Shown here: positions 19,118 through 28,977 of the stretch, piece after piece | Position numbering within the stretch: the stretch's first letter is position 1 | Layout: each line of letters begins with the position of its first letter | Assembly: GCA_036676395.1 (NCBI GenBank) | Contig: JAKFCY010000002.1 | Coordinates: 1,824,001 to 1,888,000, forward strand | From: Bdellovibrio sp. | GTDB lineage: Bacteria; Bdellovibrionota; Bdellovibrionia; Bdellovibrionales; Bdellovibrionaceae | Reading direction: 5' to 3' | DNA: 64,000 nucleotides | Made by a program: the position numbers and the translations under genes | The notes under the pieces: generated by a model | Database searches by the model: none | Told to the model about the DNA's origin: nothing | What the model saw: only the letters and a program-made list of their open reading frames with translations

Positions 19118-19995
19118 TAGTTCACCGTTTCAGTCGTAGCTGCAGTTTGAGCCGCTAAGTTTTGCGCCATAATATCGCGAACAACCCATGAAGCCATCAC
19201 AAGACCAAAAGCTCCGGTTACAAAACTTGCTGTTCCGTAGATGACACTTCTGTGTAAACAAGAATGCGGATCGTATTCGCCTTGCGGGCAAACACATTTA
19301 AAGCCTTGGCCATTATCATAGTTTAATTCAATCGAAGGCATTGGCAATTCATCTGAATAAACACATTGAATTCCGAAAGCGCCACGGCCGCGTGGAAAGT
19401 TATACTCTTGGCGTAAAATTTTACGCATAGCATGCGCTAAAGGATCCACTTCTGTTTTTGCAAGATCAGCAATCTTAACGCGTGTTGGATCCATCTTCGC
19501 AGAGGCTCCGCATGAAGTGATCACTTTTAAATTTTGCGTGCGGCATTCATTCAATAAAAAAGTTTTAGCCGTGATGTTATCAATACAATCAACGATGTAA
19601 TCAGGCTTTTCACCTAGAATTTCAGCTGATGTGTCTTTGTTGTAGAACATAGCTTTTGCTATTACTTCAGCTTGCGGATTAATTTTACGAAGACGTTCAG
19701 CCATGATCTCGGCTTTTTTCTTACCGACAAGACCCTGAAGTGCATGTAGCTGACGGTTTGCATTCGTGATACAAATTTCATCGTGATCGATCAAAGTGAT
19801 TTTACCAACACCAGAACGTGCTAAAGATTCTGCAGCCCATGAGCCTACGCCACCAAGACCTAAAATCATCACGTGAGTGTTGAAAAGAGTTTTCATATTT
19901 TTATCACCCACAAGTCTGCCCATGCGGTCAAATCTGCGGTGTAAAACGTAATTAGTTTCTTGAATTTCGAAAGGCTTAGTTGGCTGAATTTCCAT
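19117..19995 (-). CDS. tcdA: tRNA threonylcarbamoyladenosine dehydratase (ThiF family)
   Basis: GLGGVGSW, ARSGVG, NANRQ, DCID, MDPT, VYSDE, GTASFVTGAFG. Confidence 0.88.
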   Translation of the reverse strand: MEIQPTKPFEIQETNYVLHRRFDRMGRLVGDKNMKTLFNTHVMILGLGGVGSWAAESLARSGVGKITLIDHDEICITNANRQLHALQGLVGKKKAEIMAERLRKINPQAEVIAKAMFYNKDTSAEILGEKPDYIVDCIDNITAKTFLLNECRTQNLKVITSCGASAKMDPTRVKIADLAKTEVDPLAHAMRKILRQEYNFPRGRGAFGIQCVYSDELPMPSIELNYDNGQGFKCVCPQGEYDPHSCLHRSVIYGTASFVTGAFGLVMASWVVRDIMAQNLAAQTAATTETVN

Positions 19996-20035
19996 AGGCG
20001 TTAGGAGTACCAAAGATCAGCGTAAGTTTAAAGTC

Positions 20036-20818
20036 TTAAGTGAAAAGCTTTCTGAAGTTTTCAGAGGTCTTTTCTAACACGGATTCAACGCTCAGCTGTT
20101 TGATATCTGCCACTGTTTTAGCCACATTTAGCACAGATAATGGGCTATTTTGCTGTTCAGGCCAGCCATCAGGAGCTTGATCAGGGCAATCGCTCTCTAA
20201 AAGAAGCTTTTCCAAAGGAATGCTAGCTACGGCTTCACGTAGTTTTTTGTTTTTTTCAAAGGTCACTGCCCCGCCAACTGAGATCAAAAAGTTCATTTTC
20301 ATATATTGCTGCGCCATTTCGATAGACGAATTAAAGGCATGCACCATTCCGCCGACCGAATCAGCCTCCCAAAGGAGTAAAACTTTTAGCGCTTCGTTAT
20401 GCGCGCGCACCACATGTAAAACCAACGGTTTTGAAAAAACTTTCGCCATCTGAACTTGGTTTTCAAAAAAAACAATTTGTCGGTCTTCAGCCCCGTTTTG
20501 AATATACTGTTCGCGAAAATCTAATCCGGTTTCACCTAAGCCTGAAGCCTGCGATAAAATTTTAGAAAGCTCATTCATCGCTTCTTCGCAGATTTCGTTC
20601 TCATTTTCAGCTACAAAATACGGATGCAATCCAAAAGCATTTTTAAAATTTTGCGGATACTGTTTTTGTAAAAGAATCTGCCGCCGCCACCCTTCAGGAT
20701 TTACACCGGCTTCCATAAATAAATTTAAATTATTTTTCAAAGAATCATACATCCAAGTTTGACGCTGCTCTTCGGTGACACGCAAATCTGTCCAGTGACC
20801 ATGACAGTCGCAATACAT
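20036..20818 (-). CDS. tatD: TatD family hydrolase/DNase
   Basis: DCHGH, GLHP, GETGLD, LHVVRAH, HAF, LLESDCPD. Confidence 0.88.
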   Translation of the reverse strand: MYCDCHGHWTDLRVTEEQRQTWMYDSLKNNLNLFMEAGVNPEGWRRQILLQKQYPQNFKNAFGLHPYFVAENENEICEEAMNELSKILSQASGLGETGLDFREQYIQNGAEDRQIVFFENQVQMAKVFSKPLVLHVVRAHNEALKVLLLWEADSVGGMVHAFNSSIEMAQQYMKMNFLISVGGAVTFEKNKKLREAVASIPLEKLLLESDCPDQAPDGWPEQQNSPLSVLNVAKTVADIKQLSVESVLEKTSENFRKLFT

Positions 20819-20821
20819 AGA

Positions 20822-21307
20822 TTAAAAGCCTAATTTTTTCATAAGGTCATCGATTTCAGATTGCGCCTGAATCGAGCTTTGTTTACTAAACTGTTCAGAA
20901 ACCCAACGAAGGCGCTCGATGAAATTAGGGCTAATGACCTGTTTTAACTGATCCATTGGTAGCTCAATTTTTTTAATTAAAACACTTAATGCTTCAACTG
21001 CATCTAACAAAAGCGCCACCGTTACATCATACAATTTAGCATTGGTTTCAATTTCGGCCGCCTTATAGGCCACAGCTTTACATAATGAGGTGTAATCGGT
21101 GACTAAATTCAAACCATGGTCTGGTTCTGCCATCATCGCGATACTAGCAGAAGCTCCCATGATGCGATCGATTTTATTTCCAAAGACCTTTAGGTTTTCT
21201 TTTTGCGAAAAATCGCCTTCCATAGATTCAAGAAGATCTATTGATTCGACAATGATGGTGTTGGATTCTTTATAAAAATCATTTAGAATATCTACATCTA
21301 GTGACAT
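20822..21307 (-). CDS. Hpt/CheA-P1-like helical protein lacking the phospho-His
   Basis: 'DFYKES...LLESME...FGNKIDRIMGASA' parallels CheA P1 'F..E...L..LE...FR..HT.KG.A'. Confidence 0.55.
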   Translation of the reverse strand: MSLDVDILNDFYKESNTIIVESIDLLESMEGDFSQKENLKVFGNKIDRIMGASASIAMMAEPDHGLNLVTDYTSLCKAVAYKAAEIETNAKLYDVTVALLLDAVEALSVLIKKIELPMDQLKQVISPNFIERLRWVSEQFSKQSSIQAQSEIDDLMKKLGF

Positions 21308-21336
21308 ACTCTAGAAGTCTACCAAAAGAGAAAAGA

Positions 21337-22269
21337 ATGGCAAAGGATTACGTATCAATTAGAGTTAGCACCCTGCGCGGCGATCAAAAAATCGACTTTG
21401 ATGCGTATTTGAAAATAGATGAGAAATGGATTTTATACCTTCGCCAAGGGGATTCATTCGAAGGTAGCCGCCTGGACCGTTTAAAAACTAAAAAATTAAA
21501 AAAAATGTATATCGCCACAGATGATGAATCTAAATACCGTGATTACATGCAAAAAAATATTGAAATGGCCTACGATGATAAGTCTGGCAAAGACATCAAA
21601 ACCCGATCTGAAATTATTCAAGGGGTCCAACAAAATAGTGCTGAAGATGTTTTCGAAAAACCAGAAAATGCTGAAGCCTACAACTCTGCCAAAGATGCTT
21701 CTGCAAAATACGTGGATTTTTTAATTAAAAATAATGATGCTGTAAAATCTATTGTTGCTCTGCCTAATCTTGATCAAAGCATTGCCCATCACGGCGTTAC
21801 GGTCTCAACATTAGGTGTAGCTTTAGCTGAACAGTTAAAACTTTTTGATCCCAAACAACGCCAGCTTTTAGCACTGGGTGGCCTGCTTCATGACTTTGGT
21901 CACTTTGATTCTACATTAAATATCGCCCGCCCGATGAAAGATTTTTCTAAAGAAGAATTAGAAATTTACAAACGACATCCCATCGAAGGCGCGCAAAAAG
22001 TAAAAGATAAAAATCACATGGATTTAGCAGTGACAACGATCATCCATCAACATGAAGAAAAATGTGATGGTTCAGGCCCATTAGGCTTTCTAGAACCACA
22101 AATCGATCCTATGGCTTTAGTGATTGGCGCCTGCAATGCGATTGATCGTTCGATGACTTACGAAGGCAGTAGCCGCGACCAAGTTGTTAAGAAAATGTTA
22201 GTCGATGAACTTGGAAAATTTCCTCTCCAATACATTCAAACCCTGGGAACAATTCTCAAGACGATCTAG
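21337..22269 (+). CDS. Unconventional HD-GYP protein (Bd1817-like, G-P motif)
   Basis: DYVSIRVSTLRGDQKIDF N-terminus; LLHDFGH; HEEKCDGSGPLG lacks Tyr; CNAIDR. Confidence 0.85.
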   Translation: MAKDYVSIRVSTLRGDQKIDFDAYLKIDEKWILYLRQGDSFEGSRLDRLKTKKLKKMYIATDDESKYRDYMQKNIEMAYDDKSGKDIKTRSEIIQGVQQNSAEDVFEKPENAEAYNSAKDASAKYVDFLIKNNDAVKSIVALPNLDQSIAHHGVTVSTLGVALAEQLKLFDPKQRQLLALGGLLHDFGHFDSTLNIARPMKDFSKEELEIYKRHPIEGAQKVKDKNHMDLAVTTIIHQHEEKCDGSGPLGFLEPQIDPMALVIGACNAIDRSMTYEGSSRDQVVKKMLVDELGKFPLQYIQTLGTILKTI

Positions 22270-22332
22270 TTATAAACACAGCTAAACACACCAAACCTAG
22301 ACCAAAGTTATATCATAAACTCCTGGTTAATT

Positions 22333-22340
22333 GCCGATAA
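22333..22340 (+). promoter_or_regulatory. sigma28-like -10 element
   Basis: GCCGATAA upstream of GGGAG SD and ATG 22382; -35 spacing imperfect. Confidence 0.4.
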
Positions 22341-22381
22341 CATCTTGTGATTTATTAATAATATTACGGGAGTATTTTCGC

Positions 22382-23425
22382 ATGAAACCTTCTTCATTTG
22401 TTATGGGTTTTGAAATTAAAACTGTTCGTGGCCCGGTGTTAAAACCAGTGAGCCTTGAAATCTGGGACCAGCAATCACGCTTTGCTGAATTCACTCCGCA
22501 CGCGCCATTAAAGTTTATGAACGACTCGTTAGTGGGGTTACAATTTCAAAAATTAACGAATTATTTAAACGCTCCAAAACAAACTGAATTTATCAACCAT
22601 GCGATTGAAGAACTGTGCCCGTACTCAACCCTATTTTATTCATGTGCTGATCGTTTATTTTCAATTCAAAACAAGCTTAAACCTGTTGATGAAAAAACTA
22701 TTCAGGCTTTTGAACAACAGTGGTTTGCCTACTGGGATGCACAAGATTTCTCTAAAGGAATCAACTTTAATAAACTTGATCAAGCCTTCGATATGCTTTC
22801 AGAATTTGAAACGAAAATGAAGGCGCCATTGATGTACAATTTTACTTTGCAGTTTTCTAAAAAATTCAATGATCACTTGCTTGCGATGTACTCTTTCTTA
22901 TTCCATTTACGCTCATTAATTGCCTTAGATCACAATATTCATATCGATGATTCATCGTTTGAATCAGTTAAATGCGATTCAATTTCTGACTATTTACCAC
23001 GTGCAGATTTTACGACAAATGATGCTTTAGTTTACTGGCAATTTAAAAAACTAGCGACGCCGTTCGTGGGCCACAAAGATAAAGATGTGCGCATCGAAAA
23101 GCTTTTCGTAGAACCTATGCAAAGAGCCTTTGATCAGTACAACCACAACGCCTGCGCCCTGGTCGACCAATTACCTCAAGAATTACTTTCACATCATGCC
23201 AATGCAGATCTTGAACAAAACCTACACCAAATCCAAATGGACTGGTTATTAGGTTCTTCTGCAGGATTATTATTTCGCGTGCGTGAAGAGTTATTTGGCT
23301 TGCACCACGGATATGACAAAGTTTTCTGGCCAGAGGCTTCGAACCAAAAATCTAAAAAACCAACGCAATTTAAAGTTTGTTTTGAACTAACAGAAGCACA
23401 TCTTGGCGCAAAAAAAGCTGCTTAA
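22382..23425 (+). CDS. Hypothetical protein
   Basis: Long ORF with GGGAG SD; no recognisable motif. Confidence 0.75.
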   Translation: MKPSSFVMGFEIKTVRGPVLKPVSLEIWDQQSRFAEFTPHAPLKFMNDSLVGLQFQKLTNYLNAPKQTEFINHAIEELCPYSTLFYSCADRLFSIQNKLKPVDEKTIQAFEQQWFAYWDAQDFSKGINFNKLDQAFDMLSEFETKMKAPLMYNFTLQFSKKFNDHLLAMYSFLFHLRSLIALDHNIHIDDSSFESVKCDSISDYLPRADFTTNDALVYWQFKKLATPFVGHKDKDVRIEKLFVEPMQRAFDQYNHNACALVDQLPQELLSHHANADLEQNLHQIQMDWLLGSSAGLLFRVREELFGLHHGYDKVFWPEASNQKSKKPTQFKVCFELTEAHLGAKKAA

Positions 23426-24105
23426 ACCGCAGCTTTTTTCGACGAACGCCATTTTGTGTAGAAATACACAACCAAGGCGATCGCGCACAGCCCCAGCACG
23501 ACAAATTTAAATTTACGTAACCCGTCTAAGATATCTTCACCATAATGAGCTAAAATTAAAATTTGAGTTGGCACTGAAATCAGGGCCGCGACGCCATCGA
23601 CTAAGGCAAATTTCCAAGCAGGAAACTTCACCATCCCGCACGCCAAATGCCCCGGAAAACGAATCCCTGGAGTAAATCTAAAAATTCCACAAGCCCAAGA
23701 CCCATATTTATGAGTCCACTGCTCGATCCTCATTCGACCTTCGCTAGAAATAACTCGCTTAACTGGCCCCCACTCAAAAACCCGTGAACCAAAAAAGCGG
23801 CCTATTCCATAAATTAAAAAGTCAGAACAAAACACCGCTAAAAAAGCGACCATTGCAGCAGTGGTTGGATGCACAAACGGAGCCCCAGGAAACGGCGGCG
23901 GAAACTTATCAGGATTAGCCCCCATGTAAGCCAAAATTCCCACAGAGACTAACGTGACTTCTTCAGGAAGTGGCAAGCCCACCGCAGACAATAACATCAT
24001 CGTGACCAAGAAAAAATAAATCCACCCCGGCTCATAAGCATATGGGGCTAAGCAAATTAACTTGTCTGCATTATCAAACAGACACTGCATGGTTTCTTGA
24101 ATCAT
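23422..24105 (-). CDS. DedA family membrane protein
   Basis: GLPLPEE, SDFLIYGIGR, RFTPGIR. Confidence 0.9.
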   Translation of the reverse strand: MIQETMQCLFDNADKLICLAPYAYEPGWIYFFLVTMMLLSAVGLPLPEEVTLVSVGILAYMGANPDKFPPPFPGAPFVHPTTAAMVAFLAVFCSDFLIYGIGRFFGSRVFEWGPVKRVISSEGRMRIEQWTHKYGSWACGIFRFTPGIRFPGHLACGMVKFPAWKFALVDGVAALISVPTQILILAHYGEDILDGLRKFKFVVLGLCAIALVVYFYTKWRSSKKAAV

Positions 24106-24181
24106 CCAACTATCATGAATCTAAAAGCATTAGTTGTTAAGGTCTTGAGTTAAATAGGTACAGTGTGCTATCTGAAAGGCC

Positions 24182-25063
24182 ATGCTTAAAAATCCTACGC
24201 ACCTACAAACGCCCGTCCATTCTCAAGGCTTCGAATACGGCGTGAAGCATTTTAATAGTCCAAAGTCTGGCGATTTAGGCGAAATCATTTCAGAAGTGCT
24301 AACTCTTCCAACAGATGAAGTGAATTTTTTAATTCAATTAGGAAGTGTTTATGTAAGCGGCAAACGCGCACAAAACAACGATCAGGTCACAGAAAATACG
24401 CAAATTCGCGTACACACGAAACCACGCAGATACAATGTCGACTACGACTGGAAATCAAGAATCGTGTTCGAACACCAAGATTTTGTAGTGTTAAATAAAC
24501 CAAACAATATTCCCAGTCACCCATCAGTTGATAATCAAATCGAAAACTCACTCACTCAATTATCGCTGGCGATCGGCAAAAAACTATTAATCACTCACCG
24601 CTTAGACACCTTAACCGAAGGCCTCATCGTCTATGCAAAAAACGCAGAATTCGTAAACGGTTTCAATACCCAGTTACAGAAAAAACTAATCACAAAAAAA
24701 TACGTAGCTTTAGTTGAAACCACTGAAAAGTTACCAACTCATTTAGTGCACTACATGGAGCCTTCACCACGCGCACCAAAAAAAGTTTCACAAATTGCCA
24801 ACAAAGACTGGGATTTTTGCGAGCTAAAAATCGAACAACAAAAAATATTTGAACGTTACAGCTGGATTAAAATTAACTTGCTGACAGGCAGAACCCACCA
24901 AATCAGGTCACAAGTTTCTGAAGTCGGCGCACCCATTGTCGGTGATAAATTGTATGGAAGTCAGATTATTGAAGATGAAAATAAAATCGCCTTAAGAGCG
25001 CAAGAGATAGAATTCCAGTGGCTTGGATCAAGCCACCAGATTAAGATCGAAGAGAATTTCTAG
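24182..25063 (+). CDS. RluA/RluD family pseudouridine synthase
   Basis: NKP, HRLDTLTEG, TGRTHQIR, PIVGDKLYG. Confidence 0.92.
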   Translation: MLKNPTHLQTPVHSQGFEYGVKHFNSPKSGDLGEIISEVLTLPTDEVNFLIQLGSVYVSGKRAQNNDQVTENTQIRVHTKPRRYNVDYDWKSRIVFEHQDFVVLNKPNNIPSHPSVDNQIENSLTQLSLAIGKKLLITHRLDTLTEGLIVYAKNAEFVNGFNTQLQKKLITKKYVALVETTEKLPTHLVHYMEPSPRAPKKVSQIANKDWDFCELKIEQQKIFERYSWIKINLLTGRTHQIRSQVSEVGAPIVGDKLYGSQIIEDENKIALRAQEIEFQWLGSSHQIKIEENF

Positions 25064-25081
25064 AAAGAATTGCGAAGCAAT

Positions 25082-25993
25082 CTAGAATAAAGTTCCGCCA
25101 GTAAGCAAAGAATAAGATATTTCATCATCTTGCTTAGCTAACAAATCCTGCTCACGCTGAATACCGATAGTAAAGCTCAACGCTTTCATCGCACGTACTT
25201 CTAAACCTAAACGGTAATCAACAGCACTGCTTCTAAAAGTAGGCTGATTATTAGCCGCCGAAGCATTTGACCAGCTTTCAATAAAGTTCAATGCCGGTTT
25301 AACAGAAAACATTTTATTTAAGTCATAAGATAACTCTACACCGTGCTCAGAATCAGCCATTCTCGAAGTACGCACTCGCCCTGCAGAAGTTAAAAAAGTT
25401 GTAGAACGTTGAAAGTAATAACTAGGCTTAGCATAAATAGAAACTTCTAAATAACGATCTAAGTTCCAACGCAGCGATTGTTCTAAACGAAGACGCGCAA
25501 TCATGCCTTCTTCTTTAGAGCCATCAGATGTTGGTAAATACAAACGCGGGGCAAGTCTGTAACTTATTGCTGCCGGCAAAGATTCTTGAAATAGGTTTGA
25601 AAAAGCGGCTACAAACGAAAAATCGCGAATACGCGCTCTGTCGTTTGTTTCACGTCCTGAGTTCGTCGTCCCTTGAAGGGCATAACCAAAAGCAGGGCGC
25701 GCAGCAATACGAAAATCATTCGAAATTTTATAGTTAAACGATAAATAAGAATCGAAGATATCAAAAGAAGAAAGCTCTTGAGTGTCATTATTTACGGTTT
25801 GGCCGCCAATAAAATACCAAGTTATACCAAAGTTACCTTTAGTTGGTTTATCACTGTCTACATTAACAGTGCTAGTTCCTGCGGCTTCTACAGCTGCTGC
25901 TGGCGCCGTTGTATTTTTCTTAGTAGAGCTTTGAGCTTGCGCAAAACCTGCAACAAAAACCGCAGCTATGATAAATAGGCCTTTTAATTTCAT
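25082..25993 (-). CDS. Putative outer-membrane beta-barrel protein
   Basis: Signal peptide, amphipathic beta-strand pattern, C-terminal Phe. Confidence 0.65.
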   Translation of the reverse strand: MKLKGLFIIAAVFVAGFAQAQSSTKKNTTAPAAAVEAAGTSTVNVDSDKPTKGNFGITWYFIGGQTVNNDTQELSSFDIFDSYLSFNYKISNDFRIAARPAFGYALQGTTNSGRETNDRARIRDFSFVAAFSNLFQESLPAAISYRLAPRLYLPTSDGSKEEGMIARLRLEQSLRWNLDRYLEVSIYAKPSYYFQRSTTFLTSAGRVRTSRMADSEHGVELSYDLNKMFSVKPALNFIESWSNASAANNQPTFRSSAVDYRLGLEVRAMKALSFTIGIQREQDLLAKQDDEISYSLLTGGTLF

Positions 25994-26097
25994 ATTTCCC
26001 CCGAAGTCTTCCTAGAAAGAGTTTGCGCAGGTATATCACACTGCACTAAAAATTGTCTAAACTACCTTTAAATTCACGGGTCGATTAATGTCATAAC

Positions 26098-27255
26098 ATG
26101 GAAAAAATACAAACTCTTTTTAAGATTCAATTAAGACCAACTATTATCGTTTTTATGTCGCTTTTAGCGCTAGCTCCGATCGGCTGTAAAAATAAAGACA
26201 TTAAATCTAACGACAGTCTGCAGACCAATGCCGACATTATAGCCCCCGAGCGCCTAGCAAAAGCAGCTGATGAAATCTCGGTGATGACCTTTAATGTAGA
26301 AAACATGTTCGACAATATTCACGATAAAGGCACAGAAGATTACGCCTACCTTCCACGCGCCCAGAAAGGTTCTGCTGAAGTCGGCGACTTTTGCCAGACG
26401 GTAAGGTCTAAATTTTACCGTGAAGAGTGCAACTTTAAAGATTGGAATGACGACATCGTTCAGTTCAAACTTTCACAAGTCGGAAACACCATTAAGTACA
26501 TCGACCAAGGCACTGGCCCTGACATTATCTTAATGGCTGAAGTTGAAAATTTAAATATCTTAAATCAATTAGCTGATACCGAACTTAAAGGCATGGGTTA
26601 TCAAACACGGGTTCTTATCGAAGGCCCCGATCTTCGCGGTATTGACCCAGCCATTCTTTCTAAATTTCCATTAAAAGGAAAACCAATTCTTCACATTATC
26701 CCCTACAAAGACGAAGACCCTCAAGCCTTAAAATACGCTCAACGTTCTCGTGGCGTGATTGAAGCCATTGTACTTTTGCCGAATAAAAAAGAATTAACCT
26801 TGATGGCTGTTCATTTTCCGTCACAAGCAAATCCAACAGCCTGGAGACAACAAGCGGTTGAGTTCTTAAAAAGTAAAATCACTGAATACGAGAAAAAAGG
26901 GCGCGCTGTGATTGCCGGCGGCGACATGAATATCACTGCAACCGAAGAAGGCCGTAATGGTTATTTCTCTAAAATTCTAAGCCAAGCAGGCCCTGTTTCT
27001 CACTTAGTGGGCTGTGATCACTGCAAAGGAAGCCATAACTACAAAGGTGAATGGTCATTCTTAGATGTAATCGTTTACGGGAATGCGATCTCAAAAGTGG
27101 GTTTAACTTTGATTCCAGAATCTATTCAGGTCGTGAAAACTCCTGCGAACAGCATTCACGGATCGCCACTTCGCTTTGATGACGAAAAAAAAGAGGGAGT
27201 TGCTGATCACTTCCCTCTTTATTCAAGACTTAAAATTTCAAGTAAGAAAAAATAA
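26098..27255 (+). CDS. Endonuclease/exonuclease/phosphatase family lipoprotein
   Basis: MTFNVENMFD, AEVEN, HFPS, GGDMN, DHFP; lipobox-like PIGC. Confidence 0.85.
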   Translation: MEKIQTLFKIQLRPTIIVFMSLLALAPIGCKNKDIKSNDSLQTNADIIAPERLAKAADEISVMTFNVENMFDNIHDKGTEDYAYLPRAQKGSAEVGDFCQTVRSKFYREECNFKDWNDDIVQFKLSQVGNTIKYIDQGTGPDIILMAEVENLNILNQLADTELKGMGYQTRVLIEGPDLRGIDPAILSKFPLKGKPILHIIPYKDEDPQALKYAQRSRGVIEAIVLLPNKKELTLMAVHFPSQANPTAWRQQAVEFLKSKITEYEKKGRAVIAGGDMNITATEEGRNGYFSKILSQAGPVSHLVGCDHCKGSHNYKGEWSFLDVIVYGNAISKVGLTLIPESIQVVKTPANSIHGSPLRFDDEKKEGVADHFPLYSRLKISSKKK

Positions 27256-28197
27256 TTATCTAGCGTATCTCGTTAAATCTACACGAGGGCGCATGCTACA
27301 TGCTTGCGCTTTCGAAGTTACCGCATCAATAGTTACTGATGAATCATCAATTTTCACTAAAGTTTCAGGCAATACTGTTGGCTTTTCGCCGATTTGAGTT
27401 TTAGCATCTTTTACGATTTTTAACTCTCCGCTAGCACTGATACATTGTGAATCTAATTTCACTTCTAAAACAGGTGCCGCATCCTTAAGAACCAAAGCCC
27501 CTGATCTAGCACCATGCATACGTGCGTTGATTCTTAAAGCCGTGATTTTAACAGCTTCATTTAACATTTCACTAGAACCATCCCAAGCAAATTCAAGTTT
27601 GATTTGCGTATTTGCAAAAGCTGTCGTGTTTTTTGATAAGCTTAATTCTTCAGTTTTTTCGATAGTTAAAACGTATGATCTTTCACGAACGCCTTTTGCA
27701 ATCACAAGACGGTCATTCATATTATTTGAAGATACAAAAGATCCCTTACCCGAAGACTGAATAAAGTGCTTTGTTTCTAGCTTTGTATTTTCAGACTTTA
27801 AAACTAAAAGAGTAATTTTACCTTCTTGGTCTTTATCTAATTTTTCGATCACATAGTTAATACGACCTGAAAATTGGCCCGATTGTGCACCTTCAAGGTA
27901 AAAACCAGTTGTTACATCAAGAATGTCAGTTTCAAATTTATCCGCAACTACAGAGGTTTTTTGCGAAACTGCGTATTCAGGATTCAAAACAGCTTTAACT
28001 AAAGATAGACCTTCAAAAGCGCGATCTAAGCTAACAGCTAAAAATCTTGCCGATTCAAGTTTATTACTTTCGATATTTACTGATTGAGTAGTGACTAAAC
28101 CACCCGCAGCTTGCAGTTTATCGTCTTTCGGCGCGCACGAAAATAACGACGTGGTCATAATAACAGTTGAAAGAGCTAAAACAAATTGGTTTTTCAT
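27256..28197 (-). CDS. Hypothetical lipoprotein
   Basis: Lipobox LFSC. Confidence 0.7.
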   Translation of the reverse strand: MKNQFVLALSTVIMTTSLFSCAPKDDKLQAAGGLVTTQSVNIESNKLESARFLAVSLDRAFEGLSLVKAVLNPEYAVSQKTSVVADKFETDILDVTTGFYLEGAQSGQFSGRINYVIEKLDKDQEGKITLLVLKSENTKLETKHFIQSSGKGSFVSSNNMNDRLVIAKGVRERSYVLTIEKTEELSLSKNTTAFANTQIKLEFAWDGSSEMLNEAVKITALRINARMHGARSGALVLKDAAPVLEVKLDSQCISASGELKIVKDAKTQIGEKPTVLPETLVKIDDSSVTIDAVTSKAQACSMRPRVDLTRYAR

Positions 28198-28317
28198 AAG
28201 CCTAATCCCCCAAAAACGATTGCCCCAAAGCTATACCGCAGTTCGAAAAAAAGGTCATAAGAAAGTGCATGTTAACGGTTTCTTAAAGAAATCTTGAAAA
28301 AAGTACCTGTTAAAAAG

Positions 28318-28809
28318 CTAAGAATGAAGCTCTAAACTTGTGCGAATTTCGTTCCAGAACCAATTTAAGTGGGGGTCTTGGGATATAAACTCGTTTAGTG
28401 GCTTTGAGTTTAATTTTAGGCGCAAACGCAAAAAACTTTCTAAATCATCAAATCCAGGCCCAATTGTTACGACGTTCAAAGTGTCGATCGTTGATAATTT
28501 TTGGAACACTTGTGTTAACTCATTAAAGTGTGAGTAGTCTTTTCTTTTTAAAATAAGATCAGGCTCAACGCCATTCTTCATCCAACGACGAAAAAGCGCA
28601 TTTTGTAAGATGGATTTTAAATGAGTTTTTTGATGGTAGTTTAACGCGCGATAAGCGGAAGTTTCGTTCATAACCATAAATAAATCACAACCGATAAATT
28701 CATCATGTGATTTTCTTAATGACTCAATAACCTCAGGGATTCGAAGAAGTGATCTTCGAATCAAACAATCGTCAATGAGTGCTCCGTCCGTGAAGTAGAT
28801 GACCGTCAT
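28318..28809 (-). CDS. Hypothetical protein resembling a degenerate FabD/PKS acyltransferase fragment
   Basis: QNALFRRWMKNGVEPDLIL and VVTIGPG; no GHSxG; GAGG SD. Confidence 0.55.
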   Translation of the reverse strand: MTVIYFTDGALIDDCLIRRSLLRIPEVIESLRKSHDEFIGCDLFMVMNETSAYRALNYHQKTHLKSILQNALFRRWMKNGVEPDLILKRKDYSHFNELTQVFQKLSTIDTLNVVTIGPGFDDLESFLRLRLKLNSKPLNEFISQDPHLNWFWNEIRTSLELHS

Positions 28810-28977
28810 AGTCCTCGCTCTTTGCTAGATCTAAGGTTAGAGTACTAAAGTCTAAAATGCTAGCCCTTCATCGCACATCACTATCAAATCACCACCTTGG
28901 TCCAGAGTTGAACTCAAGCTGTTTAATCACTTACGTCGAGAGTTCTCTGTTGCTATGCTGAACACTGGAAATTGACT

